From positions 31,000,001 through 31,064,000 of the forward strand of contig NC_043000.1 of assembly GCF_006345805.1 (NCBI RefSeq): DNA of 64,000 nt, in the 5' to 3' direction. Under the pieces are notes generated by a model. That model was not told where the DNA came from. It ran no database searches and saw only the letters and a list, made by a program, of their open reading frames with translations. Below are positions 49,934 to 62,394 of the stretch, one piece after another (positions within the stretch are counted from its first letter, which is position 1; each line of letters starts with the position of its first letter). Made by a program: the position numbers and the translations under genes. This DNA comes from Octopus sinensis. Its lineage: Eukaryota.

Positions 49934-50269
49934 TATGATGTAATTGTATTTTATATTTCTATTTCCATGTCTAGTTATATTTACAATATATTATGTATAA
50001 TGTCTTTGCTGTTATGTAATGGTGTAATAAAGTATTGATTGGGTATTATCTGATGGTTGATGATTGATTGATTTAAGTATGTTTCTCCATTTTCTCATTT
50101 TGTATTATTAATTTACGGTAATATTTTTACCCTTGCCCACATAATACAGTAGATGAATTAATTGCACCGGAATTTTTAACATTTATGTATTAGTCTTGTT
50201 GGGTACCTCTCTAGCAGCATATTGGATATATGTTATCCCATGGTGGGTTGAATTTTCAACCCCTATCTC

Positions 50270-50320
<51 letters not shown>

Positions 50321-50321
50321 A

Positions 50322-50932
50322 TATCATCATCATCATCATCATTTAGCGTCCGTTTTCCATGCTAGCATGGGTTGGACAGTTTAACTGGGGTCTGTGAAGC
50401 CTGAAGGCTTCATCAGGCCCAGTCAGATTTGGCAGTGTTTCTACGGCTGGATGCCCTTCCTAACGCCAACCACTCCGCTAGTGTAGTGGGTGTTTTTTAC
50501 GTGCCACCTGCACAGGTGCCAGACAGAGCTGGCACAACGGCGATGAACGGATGGTGCTTTTACGTGTCACTGGCACGGGGCCAGGCGATGCTGGCAACGG
50601 ACACGAACGGATGGTGCTTTTACGTGCCACCGACACGGGGCCAGACAGAGCTGGCAAACGGCCACGAACGGACGGTGCTTTTACGTGTCACCGGCACGGG
50701 GGCCAGCCGAGGCTGGCAACGAACACGAACGGATGGTGCTTTTACGTGCCACCGACACGGGCCCAGACAGAGCTGGCAAACGGCCACGAACGGACGGTGC
50801 TTTTACGTGTCACCGGCACGGGGGCCAGCCGAGGCTGGCAACAGACACGAACGGATGGTGCTTTTACGTGCCACCGACACGGGGCCAGACAGAGCTGGCA
50901 AACGGCCATGAACGGACGGTGCTTTTACGTGT
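50322..50932 (-). repeat. RTE tail with a homogenised higher-order array (122-bp dimer period)
   Basis: GACAGAGCTGGCA recurs at 50522, 50644, 50766 and 50888; 8 cores in total. Confidence 0.9.
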
Positions 50933-52435
50933 ACAAAAAAGGGACAACAAAACATCCAGATAGGCGATACAAAGAAAACAAGGAGGGGTGATTTGGAGTT
51001 TTCTTTCCTCAGTCGAATTCCAGATTATCTTTGCAATTTCAGCTGGTTATACTCGAGATTGCTCCAATCTGGCCAACAACAGGAAATAATGATGGCGGCT
51101 GTATGTAATATAAAACCAAAAAAGGAAAAATTTAATTGTCACTGATTGTGACTAACGGTGCAGGGTAGCACCTGCATTGCTAGAAATAAGAGCTAGAAAC
51201 CTTTATGTGCAGGAAGGATGTCTATGCACTGATAGGAGAGTTAACAACCCTACAGTGAGCGAGACCTCCATACTAGTCTAGTTTCGCTTAGAATTAAAGC
51301 TTATCAGTGGTGACTACTCCATAGGTGGATGGTTTGGCTACATCCCAACTATCAGTATATATTATTTACCATTTGAATCAGTGACTGATTCAGCAAAATG
51401 GTAATGTGAAAATTATGAAATAATGAAGGCAGCTATATGCAGTTTAAAACCAAGAAGGAAAAATTCAATTGTCACTAATTGTGACATACAATATATATAT
51501 TTTACTGGTTTCAGTGATTTGACTGTGGCCATGCTGGATCAATGCCTTTAGTCGAACTAATCAACCTCAGGACTTATTCTTTGTAAGCCTAGTATTTATT
51601 CTATCAGTCTCTTTTGCTGAACTGCTATGTTACGGGTATGTAAACACACCAACGTTAGTTACCAAGCGATGATGGGGGACAAACACAGGCACACAGACAT
51701 ATACATATATACCGTAAAAACCCATGTAGTTTACACACATTGTTTCGCAAAAATAAAAATAAACATTAGTGGGTGTGTAAATTACATGAGTAGACTGGAG
51801 TTAGGAAGGGCATCCAGCTGTAGAAACTCTGCCAAATCAAGATTGGAGCCTGGTGCAGCCATCTGGTTTGCCAACCCTCAGTCAAAATCGTCCAACCCAT
51901 GCTAGCATGGAAAGTGGACGTTAAATGATGATGATGATGATGATTGTTTCTAGAATTAAAAAAAAATTTTTTGTTGCAAAAAGATGTACAAATACGTTAA
52001 CATTCATACCGGAAGTTGATTCATTTAATGTCAGAAAAGGTTTTCAAAAAAAAAAAAATAATAATGGCTTAAATATGAAGCTGACTTTTATTTATGCTGG
52101 ATGGTATAATGCTTACTTTTACTGTATAAATTTACTAAAACCATTAAATGGTTAACTAGTTTTCGATGTCTGACATTCATGCTGGCAAGCACAGTCTGGG
52201 TCATATTTTACATTGCTTGGAGTTTCTACCTATCGCATTGGAGCACCATTGACATAGATAATGATATGGATATTCCTGACTGAAAAAAATGTAATGATAT
52301 GAATAATCTTTAATTTTTGTCTGTTTGTTACTAGACACAGTTTTAAGTTTGTTGTACTGTTTACACCAATTTCAAACATAGGCTCTATTGCCGCGTTCAA
52401 ATGCATATTCAACATATTTAATTTCTCCTTTGCAG

Positions 52436-52445
52436 TAAATGATGT
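52436..52445 (+). CDS. Candidate 10-nt microexon (TAAATGATGT)
   Basis: Pyrimidine tract atttaatttctcctttgcag and perfect donor GTAAGT at 52446. It reads ...KP-V-N-D-V in frame after the 45729 exon. Confidence 0.35.
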
Positions 52446-53573
52446 GTAAGTTCTGCCCATACTGACAATAATGGTAATGGCAAATGTTAAAGTTTGCTTG
52501 ACATTTTATAAGTGGGAAAAAGGATTAAAATTTCGATACTCTGTATCAAAGTTTCTGACATGAATAGGCGGAAAAGAATTCTGTTAACATAATCTGTTTG
52601 ATTGGCCACCTTCATCTGTTGGTTGAGTAACGTGCCAGTCTGATGTTTATTGGTAATTAAACTTAATTCGCAACACCTGCGTGTATTTATCAACTTTGTT
52701 TTTGTTCTTGTTGGCATTGGCCACGTTTGGATGGTGCTTTTTACATGACCAGTACAGGAGCCAGTCAAGTGGCACTGGCATCAACCCACGCATGAATGGT
52801 GTTTATTGCGTGCCACCAGCATGGGAGCCAGTCAGGTGGCACTGGCATCAACCCACGCATGAATGGTGTTTATTGAGTGCCACCAGCATGGGAGCCAGTC
52901 AAGTGGCACTGGCATTGGGGTCAACTACAATTTTCATTTTGATTTCGATTTGATTGTAATTTTGATTTTGCTTGACTGAATAGGTCCCCCCCCCCACATA
53001 CATACATCATCGTTTAACGTCCACTTGGACGGTTTGACTGAAAACTAATAAGCCAGGGAGTTGCACCAGGTTCCAGTCTAATTTAGCAAAGTTTCTACAT
53101 CTGAATGCCCTTCCTAATGCTAACCTCTTCAAGAGTGTAGTGGGTGCTTTTTACGTGCCACCAGCACAGGTGCCATTGTTGTGATACAAGCATTGGCCAC
53201 CACTACAATCTCACTTAGCTTGACAGGCCTACACAAGTATGGTGTGTTGCCAAAGGTCTTGGTCACCTGTCATTGCCTCCATGATGCCCAATTCTCAAAC
53301 AGTGCTTTTTACATGTCACCAGCATGGGTGCCAGACGGCACTGGCATCGGCCATGACTACAGTTTCACTTGGCTTGGCAGATCTTGTCAAGCGCACTATA
53401 TTGCTCAACATCTGAAAGGTGCTTTTTACGTGCCAGTTACGCAACACTGGCATCAGCCACAACAATAATCTCAATTGGCTTGACAGGTCTTCTGTTGTAT
53501 ACCTATCTATCTATCTATCACCATCGTCATTATTTAATGTCTGCCTTCCATGCTGGCACACACACACACACAT

Positions 53574-53641
<68 letters not shown>

Positions 53642-53646
<5 letters not shown>

Positions 53647-54332
53647 GTTGACAATGGAATAGAACGGGCCAAATCAATTACTACCAAAGACTTACAAAAA
53701 CCAAAACACACTCACAGTACAGTAAATACCTCCCCTATCTCTCAACACATAATCCAAGAAATGCAGAAGCTTACACAGTTATATACAAGAACATTCCACT
53801 GCTGAATCAAGACCCACGTCTAAAAAAAGTACTTGCAACCCATAAAATAATAAAAAGCAAAAGACAACCCAAATTCCTAAAAAACCTATTCACCAATGCA
53901 AAATTACCCAACACAAACCCACCGCCCACTGTCAAAAAATGTGGTTGTTACAACTGCAGGACTTGCATCCACCTCATTGAAGGATCAGTGTACAAATTCC
54001 AGTTGAGACACACTTTTGTCATAAAAAATAACTTCACCTGTGCATCAAAGAATTTACTCTATGTCATAAGGTGTGAAGGGTGCCACAAAGATTACATAGG
54101 GCAAACGAGCCTTACCCTCAGAGAAAGGATGACAGTTCACTGCCAACAGTTGAGGGATCCCACCACAAGACAGATACCACTCAGTGGGCACTTAGACCTC
54201 TGTGCACACAACAAGTCCCCCAAATTCCTAGTTTTCCCATTATACCAATGTCCGGACAACACCACTGAACAAACATGAATAAATAGGGAAAATAATCTTA
54301 TTCAAAAATACAGACCACAACTCAACATACTA
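53642..54332 (+). mobile_element. Penelope-like element ORF remnant (RT thumb, linker and GIY-YIG endonuclease)
   Basis: Translation ...KKCGCYNCRTC...NNFTCASKNLLYVIRCEGCHKDYIGQT...LRERMTVH...PLSGHL...KYRPQLN, with a frameshift and a stop. Confidence 0.85.
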
Positions 54333-56032
54333 TAACATACCCCCCAGGTACACATCCAAAACAAACACACATACAGACACATACAGATATACAAAATCAC
54401 ACACACAAAAACAATGCCAATCTCCGACACAAATACACACATGCACAAACACAATATCCTCACACAAGAGCACAAACCCACACACATTCCAAGAAAAAAC
54501 ACATACATATATACACTTGTAATATGATTCTAGCAACCATAACCAACACTTACACATACATATACACATATGTAAACACGGACATGCACACACCAACACA
54601 CACCACCCCGAAATTACAAATCACATTCACACAAATATACCCACACATACACAAGGGAAATACCAGTAGAAGTGGGGTTAGGGTTATAGAAGTGACTCAG
54701 GAAGGGGAATGGATGAGAAAGTAGTGGGATGGATGAGAAAGTAATGGGATGATTTGCAAGGTGTAAGAGCAGTGGAGAAGGGGAGATATAGAGGTACATA
54801 AGCGGGGTCATAATAAGTTGGGACATGATGGTAGATATGAGAGGGCATTGAGAACGGTAGCAGATAAATGAGATTTTAAGAATGGAGTATAGTGGAGTGG
54901 AGAAAGCAGTGTTTGAAAGCACAGAAAGGAGGTGATTATTAACCCATTAAGTCCCATGGTGTCTAATTTCTGAAGTATCACTTTCAAATTCACACATCAG
55001 ACTTAAAATAGTTTAAAATGAAAATATTTGTAGGTAAAACTCGTTTCCTTTATTCATTAATGAATATATAGCTTGTTCTATTTATAGGACACTGGGCACT
55101 GATGCTATATATTTATAGCTAAAGAACAATATGTATATTATTTATTTGAAATAAACTTAATGATGCTAAATGTGAGTATATATGTTGATGAAAAGTTATG
55201 TATAAAGCTTTATTAGGCTAATTTATGAAAAAAATTACCATGTCTTGTTGTGTCTGGGGAGAATCATTTTCTTTTTGTGCCTTATAATATAACACACTCA
55301 CCGGTAAAATTTCCACATTTTTCTTATTTTTATTTTCCTAAAATTTTCGTTGCATCTTGCAACCTTTTCAATAATTACAAACTCATATAAAGAATCTTGC
55401 AAACCAAATCCAAAAACAAAATACCATGTCTATTGTTTGATAATTGATAAAAACGTAAATGAAATTATGAAAATCAATGTAAATATCCGTTCTTGAAAAT
55501 TTGCTCTCCAAACCTCAATAGTACTTTTTATTTTGAATGATGAGAACTAAAACAATCCACGCAAAAGGTGATAATGCATTTCGGACAGTAAGTGAGGGGC
55601 TTGGCTTTGGCAGTCCTTATGTTAACACTGCCTTTGCTGCTCTCGCTGTGCAATTACATGTCCTTTGCTTTCATATCTCACGCTGTTTATTGGCTTAGAG
55701 ACGGAAGATGTCATGCCTTTGGTTTGTTTTTTTGTTGAACCTTTCAGATATGCAAGACAAATATATCTCTTAAAGTTGAGTAACGTTGATATTTCACCCT
55801 TTCCATCATGAACTAAATTGTAAATCGTCCACGCATTCACGACGGCCATGTCAAGAAGTCGTGTAAATAGTGGTCAACACCACTTTTTACCTCTAATAGA
55901 AATTGCGTATTTCGACACAAGCCAGTCATGTTTATCGACACCTCCCATGCAATTGTTATATGTAGTCAAAATGGGAGGTTGAGAAACATTACCTGTAGTT
56001 CTTTTCATGCCTTTTCCAGTGAAGTACATTAC

Positions 56033-56458
56033 ATCATCATCATCATCATTTCATCATTGTTCGACCGTGGTCGAGACAATGGAATTTACTATGTTACGCC
56101 AGACTTCACGGTCCATCATAGTATTACGGAGGTCCTGTTGCTGGATGCCTGTATCCCTGGAGATTACATCAGGGTAGGAGAGTGTGCGCCCTCTGGTATC
56201 GTGAGCAGATGGCTTCCAGAGGAGAAGAGTAGAAATTACCTCGTTTTCAGCTCTACAACAATGTCCAGCAAACTGGACTCTTCTACCTTTCACAAGAGAT
56301 GATACAGGTGGTAATTTCCCATATATTTACATTTTGGTTGGATGATGCTTCCACGAGAGATTTTGAGCTCTCATAAAGGAGGCGAGTGTAAGTTCCATCC
56401 AACCGCCTCTCAATTTGTATACTCTGGCTTTTTTCTCCAGACTGGTTCTGAACTACAC
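56033..56458 (-). mobile_element. 5'-truncated RTE/RTE-X-type LINE with (TGA)n tail inserted in the piggyBac ORF
   Basis: TSD AAGTACATTAC at 56022-56032 and 56459-56469. C-terminal peptide RVQFAGHCCRA...GRTLSYPDVISRD...MMDREVWR. Confidence 0.8.
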
Positions 56459-57316
56459 AAGTACATTACTAGTTGGGCAGTTGCATCAAAGTTTGTACCA
56501 ATTGACACACATTTATTGTCAAGCCACTTGACTATAAGTATTTCATTGGTCACATCAAATCTGTAATCCTAAGGTCCTCTTTTTTCTTTTTTCATAAATT
56601 TTGAATCTTTCAATGGACATTTCTTTAGTCAATTTTCTCTCATTGTGCCTATTGCTTGGAATCCTTTCTCCAACAGGTGAACCAGCAAATCATAACTTGT
56701 AAATAAATTGTCAAAAAATACAGTGTGAGAGAGGATCTTCTGCCACTTCAAGCATTTGATGAACAACTCTGCTTCCTAGAGAGATCATCATTTTGACTTC
56801 CTTTTTCATTTTTACCGCAATATAGTTCAGAGTTATAACAATATCCAGACATGCCCACAAGGCCCAAAACTTGTAGCCAAATTTAATGGGTTTACCTTTA
56901 ACAAATTGTTTCAGTGAATTGTGTCTGTAGTACTTATCATTTCATCAACCAAAAGATCTTTTTAAAAATCTTATATTTTTAAAAAGAGTTTTAGATCATT
57001 TGAATTAGAGGGCGAATTTTGAAACCTTTATCAGTTTTATTTTCCTCCCAGTTTTCATTATTACAGAAATGAATTATGCTTTCCAGATTCTGAAAACTAT
57101 TCCTTGTCATAGTTTTTTTGATCAGGGACACATCCAAATCCTCTTCATTCGACCAGTATTGTCTAGTGGATGGCAACTTGTGGTAACTGGACAACATGAG
57201 AATACCAATAAATGCCTTGAGTTCGTCTACTGGTAGTGTGTCAACATTATTTTTACTTGTTGCAGAATACTGCACACTTTCCTTTATGATGTGGTCATAT
57301 ATTTCTTGAGTGATTA

Positions 57317-58258
57317 TTGTGTGTAATGTCAGTGTGCATACTGGACAGTGTCAGTACCTTGAGAGAAAAGTTGGACCTAAGAAGCATCAGATGTGGTGTG
57401 CAAGAGAGACGATTGCACTGGTATGGACATGTGGCAAGAATGGATGAGGATAGCTGTGTGAAAAAGAGCCACACCCTAGCGGTTGAGGGAACCTGTGGAA
57501 GAGGTAGACCCAGGAAGACCTGGGATGAAGTGGTGAAGCACGACCATCGAAGTTTATGCCTCACCAAGGAAATGACTAGAAGACCTGGCAAGCCAAATGA
57601 GACCATAACCTCGTGGCCTATGCCAGGAGTGTAACCAGCCCACTTATGCGTACCTTTTCCTTCTTTGGACACTAAACTCTGCTTGCGAAGACCTGTTGAG
57701 GCAAGTGAAATTGAAATCAAATTCGATGACTGGCATCCGTGCTAGCAGGGTGCAAAGAGCACCATATGAGTGTGATCGTTGACAGAGTGGCAAACTGGCT
57801 TCCGTGCTAGTGGCACATAAAAGGCACCATTAGAGTACAATCATTACCAACGTTGCCTTACGGGCACTTGTGCCCCATGCTAGGATGCTAAGAGCACCAT
57901 CCAAGCGTGATCGTTGCCAGAGCGGCTAACTAGCTTCCGTGCCGGTGACATGTAAAAAGGCACCATTCGAGCATGATTGTTACCAGCGTTGCCTTACCGG
58001 CATTTGTGCCAGTGGCATGTATAAAAACATTCGAGCGAGGTCATTGCCAGTACCGCCTTACTGGCCCCCGTGCCGGTGGCACATAGAAGCACCAACTACA
58101 CTCTTGGAGTGGTTGGCATTAGGAAGGGCATCCAGCTGTAGAAACTCTGCCAGATCAAGACTGGAGCCAGGTGCAGCCATCTGGTTCGCCAGCCCTCAAT
58201 CAAAATCGTCCAACCCATGCTAGCATGGAAAGCGGACGTTAAACGATGATGATGACGA
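57317..58258 (+). mobile_element. RTE LINE 3' fragment with tail, nested in the piggyBac
   Basis: STLREKLDLRSIRCGVQERRLHWYGHV...KTWDEVVKHD plus 3' UTR. Confidence 0.88.
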
Positions 58259-58539
58259 CAAGTACATCTAACATACTTCATGCACTCTATCAGCAAATAT
58301 AAAATGCACAACATTCCTATAAAGTGAAACGAATTACCTTGATAAGATATTTATCTGCACTGTCTTCAGTCTTCACCCTGTGACACTTGAAAAACTACTG
58401 AAAGTATAGTCACCTCTGCCTGCGCCGTCAATATTCTCCATTCATGTCACAATGCGTCCAAACAACATGTTGATACATGTCTCAAACATGAAACAAATGC
58501 ACAGACTAGTTCAGTTATGTACACATTGACCCAGTGTTC

Positions 58540-58570
<31 letters not shown>

Positions 58571-58798
58571 TCAAAATGAGGGTGAAAAAATTGGATATTA
58601 ATTTGATAACATCAATTTTAACACCAGTGGTCTAGCATATAAAAAAACTGAGATTCAGTAAATAGTATTTAATACATAAATTATAAGAGGGAATTATGTG
58701 GAGAACAATTCTTAGTGGTTAAGACCATAGCGGATCTTTTTCTAGCATAAGGGTTTCCACATAGTGGTTAAAAAAATTCCCTCTAATATTTATATATA

Positions 58799-59110
58799 TC
58801 ACGTGATCAGGTGACCAGCCAGGCTATCAGATGTTGCTACACATCACTGGTTTACAATGCACTTCGCATTGTTTTTAACCTTCAAATGATGCCATCCCGC
58901 TGGCTAAGTGAGCAGGCCAACAGAAGAAAGAGTGAGAGAAAGTTGTAGCAAAAGAGTACAGCAGGGATCGCCACCACCTACTGCTGGTGCCTCGTGGAGG
59001 TTTTTAGGTGTTTTCGCTCAATAAACACTCACAACGCCTGGTCTGGGAATCGAAACTGTGATCCTATGACCACAAGTCCGCTGCCCTAACCATTGAGCCA
59101 TTGCGCCTCC
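58799..59110 (-). mobile_element. Third tRNA-derived SINE family, nested in the piggyBac
   Basis: Minus strand GGAGGCGCAATGGCTCAATGGTTAGGGCAGCGGAC...GTTTCGATTCCC (A and B boxes), followed by a non-tRNA body. Confidence 0.75.
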
Positions 59111-60179
59111 ATATTTATATATATATAGGGCAATAAAATTCAAAGTCATATGCATAAAAAGGGTATTTGTGAACAAACTATATCCTAAGTATTGTAAAAT
59201 AACTCTTTATAAACAGTGTTTCTTTGTCAAATGAACATAACAATCATTCAGCTTAACACTGTGAGTTAATATTCACAGGTCACCGAGCACGCATTATTTC
59301 TGCCATTTTCCCAGTAGGTTTTCTCATGTTTCTCAATGCATTACAAATATATCTGATACACTTGTAAAAAGTTTAGAATTTCTTTTCTGCTGTGTTTATA
59401 TTAAAAATACATTTTTTTGTCATATAATTTTTAGAATTAAATTGTTTGTTTACTGTCCTATATATAGGGCAGTGGGAGATAATGGGTTAAAGATAGTTGA
59501 ACATTCTCCTCCACTGCTAATTAGGTTGCCTAGGTCAGTGCTTCTCAAGCTATCTGATGTGACATACCAGCAGTTTTTTCCCCAATGTGCCAGAGACTGG
59601 TAATATTTCTAAGTAATATTAATTTATACTGGAAACTAACTGGCTTCTGTGCCAGTGGCACATAAAAGGGCACCATTCGAGTATGATCGTTACCAGCGTC
59701 GCCTTACTGGCACTTGTGCCTGTCCTAGTAGGGTGCCAAGAGCACCATCCGAGTGTGATCATTGCCAGAGCAGCCAACTGGCTTCCGTACCCGTGGCACG
59801 TAAAAGGGCACCATTCGAGCGTGATCGTTACTAACGTCGCTTCACTGGCACCTGTGCCGGTGGCACGTGTAAAAAGATTCGAGCGAGGTCATTGCCAGTA
59901 CCACCTGACTGGCCCCTGTGCCTGTGGCACGTAAAAAGCACCCACTACACTCTTGGAGTGGTTGGCGTTAGGAAGGGCATCCAGCTGTAGAAACTGCCAG
60001 ATCAAGCCTGGAGCCTGGTGCAGCCATCTGGTTCGCCAGCCCTCAGTCAAAATCGTCCAACCCATGCTAGCATGGAAAGCGGATGATATATAATGAATAT
60101 AATAAAAGTTGACAAATTTTTGTTTTATCTTATATTTATTTTGTGCACAAATAATGCAATATTACATAAGCATTTTATA

Positions 60180-60560
60180 ATGTTTCTTTCTTTTCTGGAA
60201 ACAGCTGTACCGACAGCTGATGGCTCGTGAACCACCTCTTTGAGTAGCACTGGCCAAAGTAACATACTATTTACTACTTCTAGGGAGCCCCTTGAACATT
60301 TGAGGGAACCAATTTCTTGTGTATTCTTAATCTTTCTGGTCCCTGAGAATCTTACACATTCAAGCATTGCCTTATTCTGTGATTCCACTTCTGCTCTTGT
60401 GTATCCATAACCTGCATTGGGTACACTCCATAGAATTCCTGTCCACACCTTTCCTACATATCAAGCAATGCAATTTACCTGATGTAGATAGAGTCCTGTA
60501 TGTTTTCCTGCTTACTAGAACCTTGGTCTTTACTAAATTTAAGACCCTTCAATTCCAGGT
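60180..60560 (-). mobile_element. Old RTE ORF2 fragment
   Basis: Reverse-strand similarity to the C-x2-C...LWIHKS...EVVNS region of the other RTE copies. Confidence 0.6.
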
Positions 60561-61388
60561 TTTGCTTCCACTTTTTCTAATTCTCTTAAGATTCTGCTAT
60601 GAGAGCAAGATATATAATAATAACGAAATTATTGTATACAGTGCTCAGGTGCACCACAAATTGTCAAAAGTGCGTATAAAGCATATGCAGTAATGTACAA
60701 ATGTCTGGAAAGCGAACAGTGTATGAGTCAGATACACGCTTGCGTGTGTATGGAGGGGAGAAAATCAGGTGTAGTGTTGGCGAATCTCAGGAAGCATGGA
60801 AGTTTTGAAGGATGCAAAAGGATCATCAACAGAGGTGGACAGTCTTGAATTCTTCTGTTATGGCCTGGAAAAACAATGATGAATAGGAGGGGATTAAGAA
60901 CTGAGCCCTTTTAAATGCTTGCCTGTACACATGGATGTTAAGCAATGTTGTAAAATGTAAACTTTAATAGTATAAATTTACATCATGATACTCAATGATG
61001 GCTGAGATTTCACCTCAAAATTACCAGAGTACCTTGCCTAAGGTCTTTGAGCTCATGCTGGTTGTGATTTTAAGATTGATATTTTTGTCAAAGAAAAATT
61101 GATGGGAGTAATATTTTTTTTAGGCAGTGAATATAAGTACTGTTCAACTGTAGTCATCATCAACAGCAGAAACACTATCAGATGGATGCTAATCATTGTA
61201 AGAATATTCTTTATTGAGAGAGAATGATATATATAGTAGCATGAAACGATCGTACCACATTACCTCGGATATACTTGTTGCTTATTTTGATTATAATCAC
61301 CCCATGGATTTATATGGATAATACCATACAAAATTCTTAAGTACCATATTCATCTGAATCTAAATTTTGCTTAACTTATATATATATA

Positions 61389-61439
<51 letters not shown>

Positions 61440-62180
61440 TAATGTATGTATGTATATTCTAAAAAAAATATACCTATAGTTTTGTTTGTCCTATTGATTA
61501 CTAGTTTTACTAGTTATACCATATTCATATTGTTGGCCTGGGTAAAATTATTGAAATAATGTGACAAGTGGATTTATCTCCCTTCAACTGTTTTCATGTT
61601 CTTTACCATAACCAGCAAAGTTTAAAATGAAACAGCAAAATTGATGTAACTTGATATTTTCTGGACTGCTTCCTTCTGAGGAGGGCCCTTTGTGCTTTTA
61701 AATATAAAGGCTTTTGTAAAACTTTTTGCATTGTTAGAAGCTCTCTTTAATTAATTTTTTTGTACTTCTGTACTACAATGCTTCAAGCGAACTACAACTC
61801 TCTTAAACATTTCAATGTTATATTTTTGAGAAAGTGACTTGATCTAAGATGTCTGTTGAAACTGAAGCAATTCCATTGTGGAAGAACTAATAAACACCCA
61901 TAACAAACTTAGATTTATCTTTTTATTTACTTTGTTTATTTCTTGAGGTCTCAGAACTTTCATTGCATAAGTCCCTCCTGGTTACTCACATAGTTTCACT
62001 ACACAGCACAATGCAACTGTATTAATGATCAGGTCACATGCAACAAAAGTTTCGACATATTAATTTATTTTTTCTTAAAGCATTCGCTCGTTACAGTGTC
62101 CTTAGACCACTGAAAACGTAAGAGCTGCTAGAATAAAATGGACGCGAGACAGAAGTCAATAGGTGACGATGTTGACTTAA

Positions 62181-62390
62181 CCCTTTCGTTACTGTATTTA
62201 TTTTGAGATGCTCTGTGTTTCTTTCAATTACTTTAAATATAACAAAGAGTTTAGTAAAATAACTTAGTTATCATTCAGCTAGTGTTAGGAACATAAATTG
62301 TGGCTAAGGTTTGATGGAAGATTTTAATTCAAAACTTATGATAACAAGACATTTGTACTCAGAGCCTGAGCTGGGTTGGTATCAAAAGGG
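62181..62390. mobile_element. piggyBac-type MITE
   Basis: TTAA-CCCTTTCGTTAC ... GTATCAAAAGGG-TTAA. Confidence 0.75.
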
Positions 62391-62394
62391 TTAA

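Larger units (their letters stand above)
49077..50104. mobile_element. Inverted pair of Penelope-like pseudo-LTRs (arms 49077-49392 and 49790-50104)
   Basis: Arms of about 315 bp differ at only a few positions. Each carries a hammerhead followed by AATAAA, and the pair sits in a (TA)n-rich context. Confidence 0.75.
54943..59486 (-). mobile_element. Full-length defective piggyBac transposon with nested insertions
   Basis: TTAA at 54939-54942 and 59487-59490. TIRs CCCATTAAGTCCCA / CCCATTATCTCCCA (12/14). Transposase remnant at about 55600-57316 with VDEM, FFDNLFTS, YNNCMGGVD and LLDMAVVNAW motifs. Confidence 0.85.

Noticed and set aside
50429-50991. Long repetitive ORFs (also 8187-8790, 24831-25301, 63342-63995)
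   Set aside because: These are stop-poor translations of the GC-rich tandem array and show no sign of coding.
58326-58390. 60-nt exon-like segment on the - strand inside the piggyBac
   Set aside because: It has good splice sites but stops in all three frames. At most it is a non-coding transposon exon.
59035-59110. Possible tRNA gene (also the SINE heads at 18318 and 23625)
   Set aside because: The A/B boxes continue into SINE bodies, and the acceptor stem and cloverleaf are not complete.
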